From assembly GCA_964016885.1 (NCBI GenBank), contig OZ024752.1, positions 4,774,001 to 4,838,000 on the forward strand: 64,000 nt of DNA. The letters run 5' to 3'. This document shows positions 1 to 13,647 of this stretch, in pieces. This DNA is from Eledone cirrhosa. Taxonomy: Eukaryota. The notes beneath the pieces were generated by a model. The model did not search any database, was not told the DNA's origin, and worked only from the letters and a program-made list of their open reading frames with translations. The first letter of the stretch is position 1, and each line of letters starts with the position of its first letter. The translations under genes were made by a program, and so were the position numbers.

Positions 1-736
1 GATGAAATGTTAACTCACATTGGCAATCAGTCTCTATTGCTTAAATTCCATTCCAAACATTGACATGGATTGTTTTATTACCAATCTATGATTCTTCAGA
101 ATGAAAATGCCCCCCCAAAAAATAAAAATCAACCCTCCAAAAAACATAGAAGAAACATAAAGAAAGAAAAGTAGAAAGAACAAGAATTTCCTACAATTCA
201 AGATCAACAGTGTGTGTAGTATATATGGTTGTTTGGAAATAGTAAAACCTTTAATCTTATTGAGATCTTATTGTGAATAGCAGGATTATTGGTTTCACTA
301 TAACTTACAATTTGATTAACTGCAACATGTAGGGAGCTGCCTAAGTTAACATTTAAACCAAACCATCAATTCAATACATTTCCTAGATGAATCTGATATA
401 TTTATCAGTAAATAAACCATACCATTTCTGTTTGCTTTCACACACACGCACGCGCATATATATATATATATAAAATGGCGTCAGACTGTTATCATAGAAA
501 ATATTTCATCATTTTACTCAATCTACATTATCTTCATTTACTTTGCAACATATTTCATCAGGCAATTTTCTGACTTTTCTAATTAAACTTTTTAATAACA
601 TTAATAATGATGATGATAATAATGATAGTAATAATAATGATGATAATGATAGTAATAATACTGATGAATTTTAAATAAAACAAGCAAAGAAATACAAGTT
701 ACAAGATAGCCAAAAACCAAATTTAGTATTATTCCC

Positions 737-777
<41 letters not shown>

Positions 778-821
778 TTCTAACATTTAGACTTCTGGCT
801 ATATCACTAGAAGATTACCTT

Positions 822-1910
<1,089 letters not shown>

Positions 1911-2127
1911 CAAATGCAAATCTATATTCTCCGCTTCCTCCTCCCCTCACTCAGCCCATTTAATTCTTTTAAGCAATTTATTTTATCAAAGTTCATCATA
2001 TCTTTCCTCCACCCTCCCACTCCCATCCACCCTCTCAAACAACTGATAGCCATTTTTTCTTTATTGCTTTCTTTATGAATTTGTACTATAGTTGATTACA
2101 AGTTTAAATGTTATATGTATATATAGC

Positions 2128-2520
2128 ATCATCATCATCATCACTGTTTAACATCCATTTTTCCATGCTTACAAAGATGGAGACGGGTCGTCTGCTTTGA
2201 GAGACAATTCTGGCTAGGATTGGCCAAGCTGTACCTTGTTCTAACAGGACTGTTAATTTGGCTGGGTTTTTATAGCTGGATGCCCTTCCTAACACCAACC
2301 ATATTTACAGTGTAGGACGGACACACACACACATATATGTGTGTGTGTCTGTGTACACACATATATATGTGTGTGTGTGTGTATCATCATCACCACAATT
2401 TAGCATTTATTTTCCATGCTAGCATGGGTTAGACAATTCAGATCAGGTGACTGAACTAATTCTGGTTTGTTTCTTCTGCTTGATGTCCTTCCTAATGCCA
2501 AACACATAACAGTCTTCACT
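2128..2520 (-). mobile_element. Decayed RTE 3'UTR / SINE-tail fragments
   Basis: (CAT)n tail plus GCTGGATGCCCTTCCTAACACCAACC motif shared with RTE 3' ends elsewhere in window. Confidence 0.75.
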
Positions 2521-2649
2521 GTATTGGCCCAGGCCACCTGGTGAAGTCTTTCAAATCATGATTTGGACACCATGGCCCACTCAAGTACAGTTAGAGAGTT
2601 ATTGTTTACAGACACATATCCGGGTGTAGGAGGTGACCAGTTGAGGTCA

Positions 2650-2920
2650 AATAATTGTTCCATCATTTTGTAATGAGATGTGAGTGTTATTTCTGTTGTG
2701 TGAGCAAATAGCACAGGGCCCAAGCAATACATTTATTTTGAAGATGATGACAACATCATTTGGGCAATTCTGATGTAATATGTTCCACATCATACAGATA
2801 ATGTAGTGCTGATGTCAGCGTTGGAGAGAGAGTTTGAGCTTTGAGGTGCTTCAATTTTCATAATACTTTGTTTTATGTGGAGAGACCACAGTGGACAACA
2901 GTATTCAAGGTTCTGTTGGG
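2650..2920 (-). mobile_element. Degenerate CR1/L2-type LINE 3' fragment
   Basis: Translation LEYCCPLWSLHIKQSIMKIEAPQ resembles the LEYxxxVWSP motif downstream of CR1 RT. Confidence 0.55.
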
Positions 2921-3311
2921 CAAAAAAAAAAATATATATATATATATATACAATCACACATTTCATGCTAGCATAGAGAAGTTGACATAAAAACAATGAT
3001 GATTTTGATAATGTAGGTATATATATATATGTATGTATATATGCATTTGATATACATATATATGTGTGTGTGTGTGGATGCACAGAGAGAGAGAGCTATG
3101 AAATCCCAAACAAAGAATATTCTTTAATATTCTTTGATAAATGCTGTTTCTTAGTTTCTCTTGTACTAATTAACCTCCTTTTTTTTTAGAAGGAGTTTTA
3201 GAAACTTATTGCATGTAGAGCCAAGAACGTTTTATTAAGTCATTAAGTCAAACATGATAAGGCAAGAAAAATAAGCAGATTTTTCACATATCATTATTAT
3301 AGATATATATC

Positions 3312-3497
3312 GGCGGTGGATTGGCAGTATCAGTAGAGGGTCGGACGTCATGCTTTGACGCATAGAGTTACGGCCCTTGCCATTCTGAGTTCAAATCCTG
3401 CCGAGGTCAACTTTGCCTTTCATCCTTACGGGGTCGATAAAATAAAGTACCAGTAATACACTGGGTAATTGCTGGCCTTGTGCCTAACGTCGAAACA
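3312..3497 (+). mobile_element. tRNA-derived SINE family A with 19-bp TSD
   Basis: A/B-box-like head (TGGCAGTATCAGTAG, GAGTTCAAATCC), body GCCTTTCATCCTTACGGGGTCGATAAAATAAAGTACCAG; TSD ATTATTATAGATATATATC at 3293-3311 and 3498-3516. Confidence 0.9.
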
Positions 3498-3519
3498 ATT
3501 ATTATAGATATATATCTGA

Positions 3520-3737
3520 GGGCAGTTGATTGGCAGTATCTGTAGAGCGGCAGACACCCTGCTTCATGCTATAGGGTTACGGCCCTTTATGTTATGAGAT
3601 TAAATCTTGCCACGGTTAGTTTTGCCTTTCATCATTATAGGGTCAATATAATAGAGTACCACTAATGCACTGGGGTCAATTTAATTGACTTTTATCCCTC
3701 TCCAAAATTGATGGCCTTGTGCCTAAATCAGAAATCA
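3520..3737 (+). mobile_element. Older diverged SINE family A copy in tandem
   Basis: Same head/body/tail order with many substitutions. Confidence 0.8.
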
Positions 3738-4075
3738 CTATTATAGATATGCATGTGTATTTTTGTTGTTGTCATCAGCACAACCTCATTACAATATATA
3801 TATATATATATGTATGTATGTATATATATGTACCTATATATACATACACAATAAACACTATATAATTTTGTTGGATCGCCTTCCACGCTAGCATGGGTTA
3901 GACGGGTTTGTGCCCTTTAGAGGTAAGTTGGGTTGGGTGACTGTCTCACTCATATAGGATACGCCAACCGCATTGACAGTGTGCGCTGGGTGCTTTTTGC
4001 TGTGTCTTTTACATGTCTGGTGCTGGGTGCTTTTTGTCGTGACACCTATACGATCACTTTATTGTGTGGGCTAAA

Positions 4076-4129
<54 letters not shown>

Positions 4130-4399
4130 GCTAAGAACTTTGTTTTGCAATCATAAAGGTATGGGTTTAATCCTACTGTATGTTGCCTTGGACAAGTGTC
4201 ATTTACCAGGGATTTACGTTGACTCAAGCATTGTGAACATATTAGACTTTTATCATCTCTCATCAACATGCTGTAGAATAATGTATTCTCTTAAGGACTT
4301 AAATTATGTCATGTCACATATGAGTTTGAAGCAGTTACTGAAATGTGCAATCAACTATAGTGTCTTGCCCATTTCTAGTCAATCAAACATTCATCATCA

Positions 4400-5270
4400 T
4401 CATCAACGTTTAACATCCGTGTTCCACGCTTGCATGGGTTTGGACGGGGGTTTTCCCACTTGAGGCAAGAGTGATTGTCTTGCTCGCATAGGACTGTCTG
4501 GCAGGTTTTCTACAGTTGGATGCCCTTCCTAACACCAACCACATTTACAGTGTGGGGCTGGGAGGTTTTTACCGTGTTGCCTACACGGCCACATTACAGC
4601 GTGGACTGTGTTCTTTTTTGTCGTGACACCTACACGATCTCATTTGTTTTGGCCTGGATGGTGTGGCACCAACATAACTTTACATAGAAGGGGGCAGTGT
4701 GGATGGGGTGTGGGGGTGGGGGTGGGGGTGTATTTTGTTAGAGATGCCTACTGACTGTAGTAGGTTTTACTATGTATTTAGGTAAGGCGGGTCTTCTCTA
4801 TTACTGAGTACCGCCAAAGGTCTCGGTCCAGTGACATTGTCTTGGAGAGGTGTAAGTGTGTGAGGTCGGAGTTTATCAGCTCGTCCCAGGTTTTTCTAGG
4901 TCTGCCTATTCCGTGGCTACCGTCTATCTTTATTGCCCTGCACTTTGTTATACAGCTATCGACTTTCATGCGCATCACGTGTCCATACCAACGTAGCCTT
5001 CTCTTGAGTAAACAACATCTGATCCCTCTTATTTCTAATTTTTTCCTTAGTTCGTTTATGCTTTGCCGTTCACGTATATTACTATTGCACATCCAGCGGA
5101 GCATGCAAGCTTCGTTCCTCTCTAGTCTGCGTATATCCTCTGCACACAATGCCCAGGTCTCACTGCCATGCAACATTGCTGTTTGTATGCAGGCATCATA
5201 CAACCTGCCTTTCGTTTTTAGAGAGAACCCTTTAGCGGCTAATAGTGGTATAAGCTCTCTGAACTTTTCC
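4400..5270 (-). mobile_element. RTE-clade LINE 3' end (RT C-terminus + 3'UTR)
   Basis: ORF 4778-5272 [36 protein letters not shown]; (GAT)n tail near 4390. Confidence 0.92.
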
Positions 5271-5292
5271 AAAACAAATATCCCTCTTTTTT

Positions 5293-5660
5293 TTCTTCTT
5301 CTTCTTCACCCATTTATTCCTGAGAGGGTCGTAGGGGCAGAGTCCTCAAACACTCTTCCATCAGGTCCTGTCAGAAACAACCATCTCCATCTGATCCGAA
5401 AGGATCTCCAAGCAAAGCCAGCCAAGCCAAGCAAAGCCAGCCAAGCTCGTGGATGTTATCCAACCATCTTTCTCGGGGTCTCCTGCCGGTTTGTTTTGCT
5501 CGTAAAATCTCTTCAGCGATTCTTTCCTGAGACATTCTACCGACATGCCCATAGTATCGGAGTTGTGATCTCTCAATTTGGAGAAGTAGTGGCTCTCTGA
5601 TGTCCGAGCTATGTACTCTATCAAGTAATGTTACTCCTAAGACCCTTCGGAGTGAATATC
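5293..5660 (-). mobile_element. Second RTE-like LINE family 3' end with (GAA)n tail
   Basis: LLQIERSQLRYYGHVGRM..GRRPRERWLD; homologous to 35483-36180. Confidence 0.8.
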
Positions 5661-5679
5661 CCTCAATTGAAAAGAAGCA

Positions 5680-6380
5680 CAACAACAAAATTTTACCTAC
5701 AGCTATGAACTCATACACCAGAAATATCTTGAAGGAAAAACACATTTGATTGCACATGCAACAGCAGGAAACTATCCTTCATAGCATGGTAAACCGTTAA
5801 TGAAATTAATAGCAGGAAAAACATGAATAACTTCACCAAAAGTCTGCAGAAGTGACTAAACAAATGGAAGGAATATTTTTGGAATTTTTTCAGTAAACCC
5901 CCAACAGTTTCATGCAGACCTCTAGACACTATTATTAAACATGATCTTTACAGCACACTTGGGGATTTCACATTAGATGAACTGACTGACATGCTAAGCA
6001 GGACCCGAAACAGAAATACAGTTGGTCTCTGTGATACACCGCCAGAATTTTGAAAGATAGACGAGGTATTCAAAGGTGTTCTCCTCTATTTTTGTAATTC
6101 AATCAGAGCCCAATTGAAAAGTGGCTAAAGAATGTATTCTTCCATTTCCTAAGAAAGGTAATTTACGTTAAGTTAAAATTTCCAGTGACAACAATAACAA
6201 TTTGCAATGAACTGCAGCTGCCAGAAATTGTGAAGTTCTTGTGTTGAAAAACCAAAAGTAATTCAGGAAACATTGGTATACTGTTGGACAATTCATAACA
6301 GTTAGGAGAATCATTGAGTCAGGTTGAAATATTTACATGCAGTCTTAATGTTTGTAGATATTTAACAGAAACCTTTGATT
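5680..6380 (+). mobile_element. Highly decayed RTE-like RT fragment
   Basis: Frameshifted motifs FTLDEL, ILPFPKKGNL, MFVD..ETFDS. Confidence 0.55.
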
Positions 6381-6384
6381 CTCT

Positions 6385-6660
6385 CTAAGTCTAAAGTCTG
6401 TCTTAAGCCAGAGGGCTCGTTAGGCCCTGTTTCATGGCGTGAAGCGACTGAGAGTACAAGACTTCCCTCTAGACAGGATGCCAGTCCATTGCAGGGTTAA
6501 ACCCCCAGCTATTGCTGGTACTCATTTTCAGTTGAGTATACTGGAGCAACGTGAAATGAAGTGTTTTGCTGAAGAACACAACACTCAACCCCGCCCAAGA
6601 ATTGAACCTACAACATTATGATCATAAGCCCAACACCCTTACCACTAGGCCATGCGCCTC
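6385..6660 (-). mobile_element. tRNA-derived CORE-like SINE
   Basis: Minus head GGCGCATGGCCTAGTGGTAAGG..GGTTCAATTC, then CORE-like body ending TGCTCCAGTATACTCAACTGAAAATGAG. Confidence 0.7.
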
Positions 6661-7759
6661 TACTTTTGATTCTTTCTACCAATGCAAAATTGAAAAATGT
6701 TTTCTAACACACATGCGTACATGAGCACAAGCATTCACACACATATAGACACACATACAGTGTCAATTTGGCACAATCGTTATTTGTTCCAGCTCTTCAT
6801 TCTCTGAGTTTTAGCTATGCCAAGTGCCACTTTGCCTTTCATCCTTTCAAGGTTGATAAATAAGTACCAGTGCAATGCTAGTATAACATTCTCTCTTTCC
6901 ACATTTCATATCTTAGATGTTCCACTGGATCAAGAAAGGGATGGTTGAGATGATGTCTTTTCATTAATGCATAAGCATCTAAAACCCTTGATCCATAGTA
7001 CATACAACCAAATTTTGCTCAATTGAAAGTTATTGTTATACTTTTGATAGTTTCTTCTCTGGCACATCTTGCCTATGGAATTCTTTTCCAGTTTCTTGCT
7101 TTTCTAACCACCACAATTTGAAAAAAATTCAAAAGCAACATCAGTTGTAATCTTCTCTCTTCTTGAAGTATATTCACTCTGTCTTGTCCTTTTCTCTTCA
7201 CATTAAACCCTTGCATTTCAGTAGCTTTATTGCCTTGCTTTTGGAGTGAATAAATAAATAAATTGATTAAATATATATAGTGTCATGGACATGACAACCT
7301 CTCTTGAACGCTTGAAGGAATGTAAGACATAAGCAAGACACAGATCCCTGGCTTGCTTGGGAAAGCAGTGGCTCTGTTTCAGTATGGACTTGGTCTATAT
7401 AGACCCAAGCAATTCTTGCTAGCAGGAGGAGCAAATGTTAAAAAGGGCCCATATATATATATATATATGGGCCCTCTGTAAATCTCATGAGATCATGAAT
7501 CAGTAGCTGGAAATTCCTCTCCACAAGGTTAGGCAAGGATTTTTATAGAAGACTAGCAGTTTTCCATACATGCAAATGTTTCTGGCTCTATATTTACTAT
7601 TATATTGTCATGGTAAAGTCTTTACCTCACATAATTATCTCACATAATATTGAGCCTATCAGATTTTGATATTATTTATTTTGAGAACAAAACCTTAACA
7701 TCAGTATGACTGGCCAGTTACAGCCGGTCTGAACAGAAAGAGGTGAGAGAATTCTGCTG

Positions 7760-8332
7760 AGATACGGTCGGTTTAAATGCTAATGGGTTAAGAGAAAGCC
7801 AAGTTTTAATATAGCTTGCCACTAATGTTATTTCAGACAGTGTTTAACTTGACTATAAATATCCTTATTAAGTATTAAAGCTTTTGATATCAACATGGCC
7901 AAAACTTGTTCTAGCTCAGTAATCAAAACTCTCTATTTTAAAGAATTATTATTTAACACTTTCTTCACAATATTTCTAATGAAATACTCTCTATTTTAAT
8001 TCGTTAATGAAGAATTTTGAAGGATTTACTAATATTTATTATTTAATTACTAAGATAGTAACTTAATGTAAGGTTCTTGCAGAAAATTATGTTGGAAATT
8101 GGAAACCTTTAAAATGGGTGGTTTTATTTCATAGAACCGGAGCCAGTTTTGGCCAGGTTGGTATCAAAAGAGTTAACTCTTTTGTTACCAACATAAATTT
8201 GTATAAGAACCATGTGTTAATTTACCATCTTACTAATCATATAATCAATAATTTTAATAAATCCATCAAAATTATTCATTAATTAATTGAAATAGAGTGT
8301 ATTTCGTTAGAAATATGGTAAGAAAGGGTTAA
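7760..8332. mobile_element. Cluster of TTAA-bounded (piggyBac-type) MITE remnants
   Basis: Ends ...GCTAATGGGTTAA (7791), GGTATCAAAAGAG-TTAA-CTCTTTTGTTACC (TTAA 8173-8176), ...AGAAAGGGTTAA (8332). Confidence 0.65.
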
Positions 8333-8423
8333 ACATAAAATAAAAGATTTCTTATTTTTTCACAAATTTATGTAATTCAATGTGTACAGTAACTATTTTC
8401 ATGTCAGACGTAATATCCATTAC

Positions 8424-8517
8424 CTTTGCAAGTCAATGATTATTCTAGTCATAAAGCTGTTTGTTGCACTTGTAAGAAGTTCAATTCCATAATGTATAGA
8501 ATAGGTGTGGGTGTGGG
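8424..8517 (-). CDS. Candidate internal coding exon HTHTYSIHYGIELLTSATNSFMTRIIIDLQ
   Basis: Acceptor tctttttatgcag|, donor AAAG|gtaatg; 94 nt with a single open frame (phase 1 to 2). Confidence 0.6.
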
Positions 8518-8896
8518 CTGCATAAAAAGACCATTTGTAAGCATCATTAGAGAACGTGTGCTTGCATGTTACATTGAGTGTGTGTATATGTATATATAGA
8601 TATATATCTATATCTATATGTATATCTGTGTATATATATATAAGTTATACCGGGTTCAATCGGGGGTAACCACAGTAAGTAAGGTACTCAATACAAAGCA
8701 GAGTATAAATGTTTAATATAGAAAAGCTTCTACAGGACTAGAAGTGTTTCATTCATGAGAAATCATCAGGAAGTGTGTGTGTCATCATCATCGTTTAACG
8801 TCTATCTTCCACGCTAGCATGGGTGTAGATTAGTGTATATATATATATATATATACGATATTAAATAAATGGAAACTATATTTATAAAACCATATT

Positions 8897-8962
8897 TATT
8901 TCATTATATATATTTCAGGGATATCATATTAACAATATGCTATGCCTTCCTCAGACAAAATA
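8897..8962 (-). ncRNA. Type I hammerhead ribozyme motif in Penelope-like fragment (8860-9033)
   Basis: TATTTTGT-CTGAGGA-AGG..CATATT GTT AATATG..CCT-GAAA-TATATA-TA|ATGAAATA; same family as 56022-56389. Confidence 0.7.
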
Positions 8963-9049
8963 CAATATAGACAGTTTTATAGATAAATAGATTTGACATA
9001 CCGTTCAACATCGACTTGTATTTGAAAAGTTGATGTGTGTGTGTGTATA

Positions 9050-9182
9050 TGTGGAAGATCACGAAAAACATGGGCGGAGGTGGTGAGAGCAGACCTCAGA
9101 TCACTGAAACTCACGGAGGAGATGACTAAGGACCGTGACAAGTGGAGAGATGCTGAATAGGCCCCATCCAACCCTTGCAATG

Positions 9183-9281
<99 letters not shown>

Positions 9282-9545
9282 GTAGGTGTCACAACAAAAA
9301 AACACACAGTCCACGCTGTAATGTGGCCGTGTAGGTAACACGGTAAAAAGTTCCCAGTTCCACACTGTAAATGTGGTTGGGGTTAGGAAGGGCATCCAGC
9401 CGTAGAAAGCCTGCCAGACAGTCCTATGTGAGCGAGACATAGTCACCCGACCAGCCTTGCCTCAAGTGGGACAACTCCCGTCTAACCCATGCTAGCATGG
9501 AAGATGGACGTTAGACGATGATGATGATGATATGATGATGATGAT
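9050..9545 (+). mobile_element. RTE 3' ORF end and 3'UTR pieces split by (TA)n
   Basis: GRSRKTWAEVVRADL..DRDKWR; UTR motif and (GAT)n tail. Confidence 0.8.
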
Positions 9546-9684
9546 GAAAAGTATCTATATAGATATATATATATGTATATATCATCATTTCATTTTACGT
9601 CCGCTTTTTATACATATGTATATATATATATGTATATATGTATATATATATATATACATATATATGTATAAGTGTATATTTATA

Positions 9685-10279
9685 TCAGTCTCTTATAATG
9701 ACATTTCCAGGCCTCCTTTTCCTGATCATTCGTGACACTAAGTACACCGGCATCATTCTGGACACATTTATCTCCAACAACATCCTGATTTGCATTGACA
9801 CACTGCCTTGCAATGTGGAACACCGCACGCCTCTGATCTTCCCGTTGCAGAACATTGGCAAACCTCCTACTCGCCGCCTCCCTGCATGCTAAGTACACCT
9901 GACGTCTAGCTTCTCTCTTAGTGGCTGTATATCCTTCTCTACTCCCACCCTTTTTCCAAGCCTTCCATGCTAGTCTTTTGTCTCTAATGGCCCTATCTAC
10001 TGTGCTGTTCCACCACCAGGTCACTCTCTGTCTGGTTGGAGCTCTGCTCCAGCCACAAGTTTCATCAGTAGCCTGCAGCAAGTTGTCACATAAGAAATTC
10101 CAGTTATTATCTATGTCATACGTCTCTAAATCGTCTTCTTTTTTGTCATACATATCTTGAAGGGCTTTCCTAAATTTGTATTTTAGTGAAAGGTCTTTTA
10201 GCTTCCAGACCTTTCTTCTCCACACCTTCCTGTATGTCTCATTCCATCTCTTGCTTACTGATATATCACTAACGACTAA

Positions 10280-10281
<2 letters not shown>
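9685..10281 (-). mobile_element. Internal RTE ORF fragment (endonuclease-RT linker)
   Basis: RLVVSD..KVWKLKD..ETCGW..TWWWN..EKEAWKCHYKRL. Confidence 0.85.
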
Positions 10282-10327
<46 letters not shown>

Positions 10328-10368
10328 CGAAACATAAGTCAATTGCATGAACTCATAATCCTTTATTT

Positions 10369-10424
10369 ACTGCTATATATATTTCGATAATAGCCATTGA
10401 GTGGCTATGACCTCATCAGGCAGT
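10369..10424 (-). ncRNA. Type I hammerhead ribozyme, canonical core
   Basis: ACTGC-CTGATGA-GGTCATAGCCA ctcaa TGGCTATTATC-GAAA-TATATA-TA|GCAGT; stem I 5 bp, stem II 10/11 bp. Confidence 0.85.
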
Positions 10425-10544
10425 TAGTCAGTTCTTAGATATGCCGGCTCTGTGTTTATGGTTTTGATTGTATCAGAGCCTTGGGACATATCTATTATAA
10501 CTATTATAACTCCGGAACTTATATCTTCGTTGAGTGCTCCCTAT

Positions 10545-12146
10545 CCACCATCATCACCAACATCAACATCACCACCACCACCACCACCAATATCACCATC
10601 CCCACCCCCACCACCACCAATATCACCATCACCACCCCCACCACCACCACCACCACCACCACCACCACCAATATCACCACCCCCACCACCACCACCAATA
10701 TCACCATCACCATCACCACCACCACCAATATCACCATCACCACCACCACCACCACCAATATCCCCATCACCACCACCACCACCAATATCACCATCACCAC
10801 CCCCACCACCACCAATATCACCATCACCACCACCACCACCACCAATATCACCATCACCCCCCCCCCCCCCCCCACCAATATCACCACCCCCACCACCACC
10901 AATATCACCACCACCACCACCACCACCACCACCACCACCACCACCACCACCAATATCACCACCCCCACCACCACCACCACCATCACCACCACCACCACCA
11001 CCAATATCACCACCCCCACCACCACCAATATCACCACCACCACCACCAATATCACCACCACCACCACCACCACCACCAATATCACCATCACCACCACCAT
11101 CACCACCACCACCACCACCACCATCACCACCACCACCATCACCACCAACCCCACCACCACCACCACCACCACCATCACCACCACCACCACCACCACCACC
11201 ACCATCACCACCAACACCAATATCACCACCACTACCACCACCACCACCACCATCACCACCACCACCACCACCATCACCACCAACACCACCACCACCACCA
11301 TCACCACCAACACCACCATCACCACCACCATCACCACCACCACCACCAATATCACCACCACCACCACCATCACCACCAACACCACCATCACCACCACCAC
11401 CACAAATATCACCACCACCACCACCACCACCACCATCATCACCACCACCACCACCACCACCACCACCATCACCACCAACACCACCACCACCATCACCACC
11501 AACACCACCACCATCACCACCACCATCACCACCACCACCACCATCACCACCACCACCACCACCACCACCATCACCACCACCATCACCACCACCACCACCA
11601 CCACCACCACCATCACCACCACCACCACCACCATCACCACCACCACCACCACCACCACCATCACCACCACCATCACCACCACCACCACCACCACCACCAC
11701 CATCACCACCAACACCACCACCATCACCATCACCACCACCACCACCATCACCACCACCACCACCATCACCACCACCACCACCACCATCACCACCACCACC
11801 ACCACCACCACCACCACCACCATCACCACCACCACCACCACCACCATCACCACCACCATCACCACCACCACCACCACCACCACCATCACCACCACCATCA
11901 CCACCACCACCACCACCATCACCACCACCAATATCACCACCACCACCACCACCACCACCATCACCACGACCACCACCACCATCACCACCACCACCACCAA
12001 CACCACCACCACCACCATCACCACCAACACCACCATCACCACCACCATCACCACCACCACCACCACCAATATCACCACCACCACCACCACCACCATCACC
12101 ACCACCACCACCACCACCACCACCACCACCACCACCACCACCACCA
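10545..12146. repeat. 1.6-kb (CCA)n trinucleotide array with CCAATATCA/TCA variants
   Basis: Directly visible; open in four frames. Confidence 0.97.
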
Positions 12147-12269
12147 GTGGACAGTGTGAAATCTATCTCTCAGTAATCTATGATATAAAACTATATTTCT
12201 TTTTGACAAACAGAATTGTTCGAGAATAAATTCACACAATTCCCAGGTTTTAGTCAAACATTTCAGTAA

Positions 12270-12740
12270 ATCTGTCTGTCTGTCTGTCTCTCTCTCTCTA
12301 TATATATATATCTGTCTGTCTGTCCCTCTCTCTCTATATATATCTATCTGTCTGTCTCTCTCTATATATATATATATCTGTCTGTCTGTCCCTCTCTCTC
12401 TATATATATCTATCTGTCTGTCTCTCTCTCTATATATATATATATCTATCTGTCTGTCTGTCCCTCTCTCTCTATATATATATAGCTGTCTGTCTGTCCC
12501 TCTCTCTCTATATATATATATCTGTCTGTCTGTCCCTCTCTCTCTATATATATCTATCTGTCTGTCTGTCTGTCACTCTCTCTATATATATATGTATCTG
12601 TCTGTCTGTCTCTCTGTCTCTCTATATATATATCTGTGTTTGTCTGTCTGTCACTCTCTCTCTATATATATGTATCTGTCTGTCTCTCTCTCTATATATA
12701 TATGTATCTGTCTGTCCCTCTCTCTCTATATATATATATG
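12270..12740. repeat. Compound (TCTG)(TC)(TA) minisatellite
   Basis: Recurring roughly 30-40 bp units. Confidence 0.9.
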
Positions 12741-12894
12741 TGTTTGTGGTGGTGGTGGTGGTGGATGGGGTGGTGGTGGTGGTGGTGGAGGGGTGGTGGT
12801 GGTGCTGGTGGTGATGCACGGGGGTTGTGTGGTGGTGGATTTTTTTTGGGGGGAGGGGGGTAAGTGGTGGCGGTGGTGGTGGTGGATGTGGTGG

Positions 12895-13080
12895 CTGGAT
12901 GCCCTTCCTAACACCAACCTCGTTTGCAGCGAGTCCTGGGTGCTTTTTTTGCCGTGGCACCTCCACGACGACTTTGCAGTGGAATGATAGGGACTGAGGT
13001 CCCTATCATCTCATTTCTACAGCTGAGTAAACTGGAGCAATGTGAAATAAAGTGTCTTGCTCAAGGAAACAACACATCAC
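12895..13080 (-). mobile_element. Partial SINE family B
   Basis: Reverse complement of 13260-13445. Confidence 0.85.
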
Positions 13081-13184
13081 ATACATATATATATATATAC
13101 ACATCGCATATATATATATATATACACACACATATATATATCATTATAAAAAACAATGATGATGATGATATATATATATATACT

Positions 13185-13553
13185 GGAGGCAGATGGCTTA
13201 GTGGTTAGAGCATTGGGCTTGCAATCGAAAGGTTGTGAGTTCAATTCTCAGACCGGGTGATGTGTTGTTTCATTGAGCAAGGCACTTTATTTCACATTGC
13301 TCCAGTTTACTCAGCTGTAGAAATGAGATGATAGGGACTGGGGTCCCTATCATTCCACTGCAAAGTGGTCGTGGAGGTGCCACGGTAAAAAAAAGCACCC
13401 AGCACTCACTGTAAATGAGGTTGGTGTTAGGAAGGGCATCCAGCTGTAGAAATCAAGCCAGAATCAGTTCCTGTATGAGCAAGACAAGGTCAGCTGACTG
13501 ACACTGCCCACTTGTCCAACCCTTGCAAGCAGGGAAAAGCGGACGTAAAATGA
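13185..13553 (+). mobile_element. tRNA-derived CORE-like SINE family B with RTE-derived tail
   Basis: GGAGGCAGATGGCTTAGTGGTTAGAGC..GAGTTCAATTC head; TTGAGCAAGGCACTTTA..CTCAGCTGTAGAAATGAG body; tail shared with RTE 3'UTR. Confidence 0.9.
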
Positions 13554-13647
13554 TATATATATATTATATATATTATATATATAATATATATATATTATAT
13601 ACTTATATATATAATATACATATATATTATATATATATATAATATAT

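Noticed and set aside
545-582. CTGATGAAA on minus strand
   Set aside because: No separate downstream stem II/GAAA; at best a heavily decayed relic
8725-8775. CTGATGA..GAAAC..GTC motif on minus (related copy at 61322-61370)
   Set aside because: Stem I does not close next to the cleavage site and stem II has a U-U closing mismatch; not counted as a hammerhead
10452-12229. 540-580 aa extensin-like, poly-Thr, poly-His and poly-Val ORFs
   Set aside because: (CCA)n repeat open in four frames with no third-position variation; microsatellite artefact
13185-13260. tRNA-like sequence
   Set aside because: SINE head with A/B boxes continuing into SINE body; no acceptor stem
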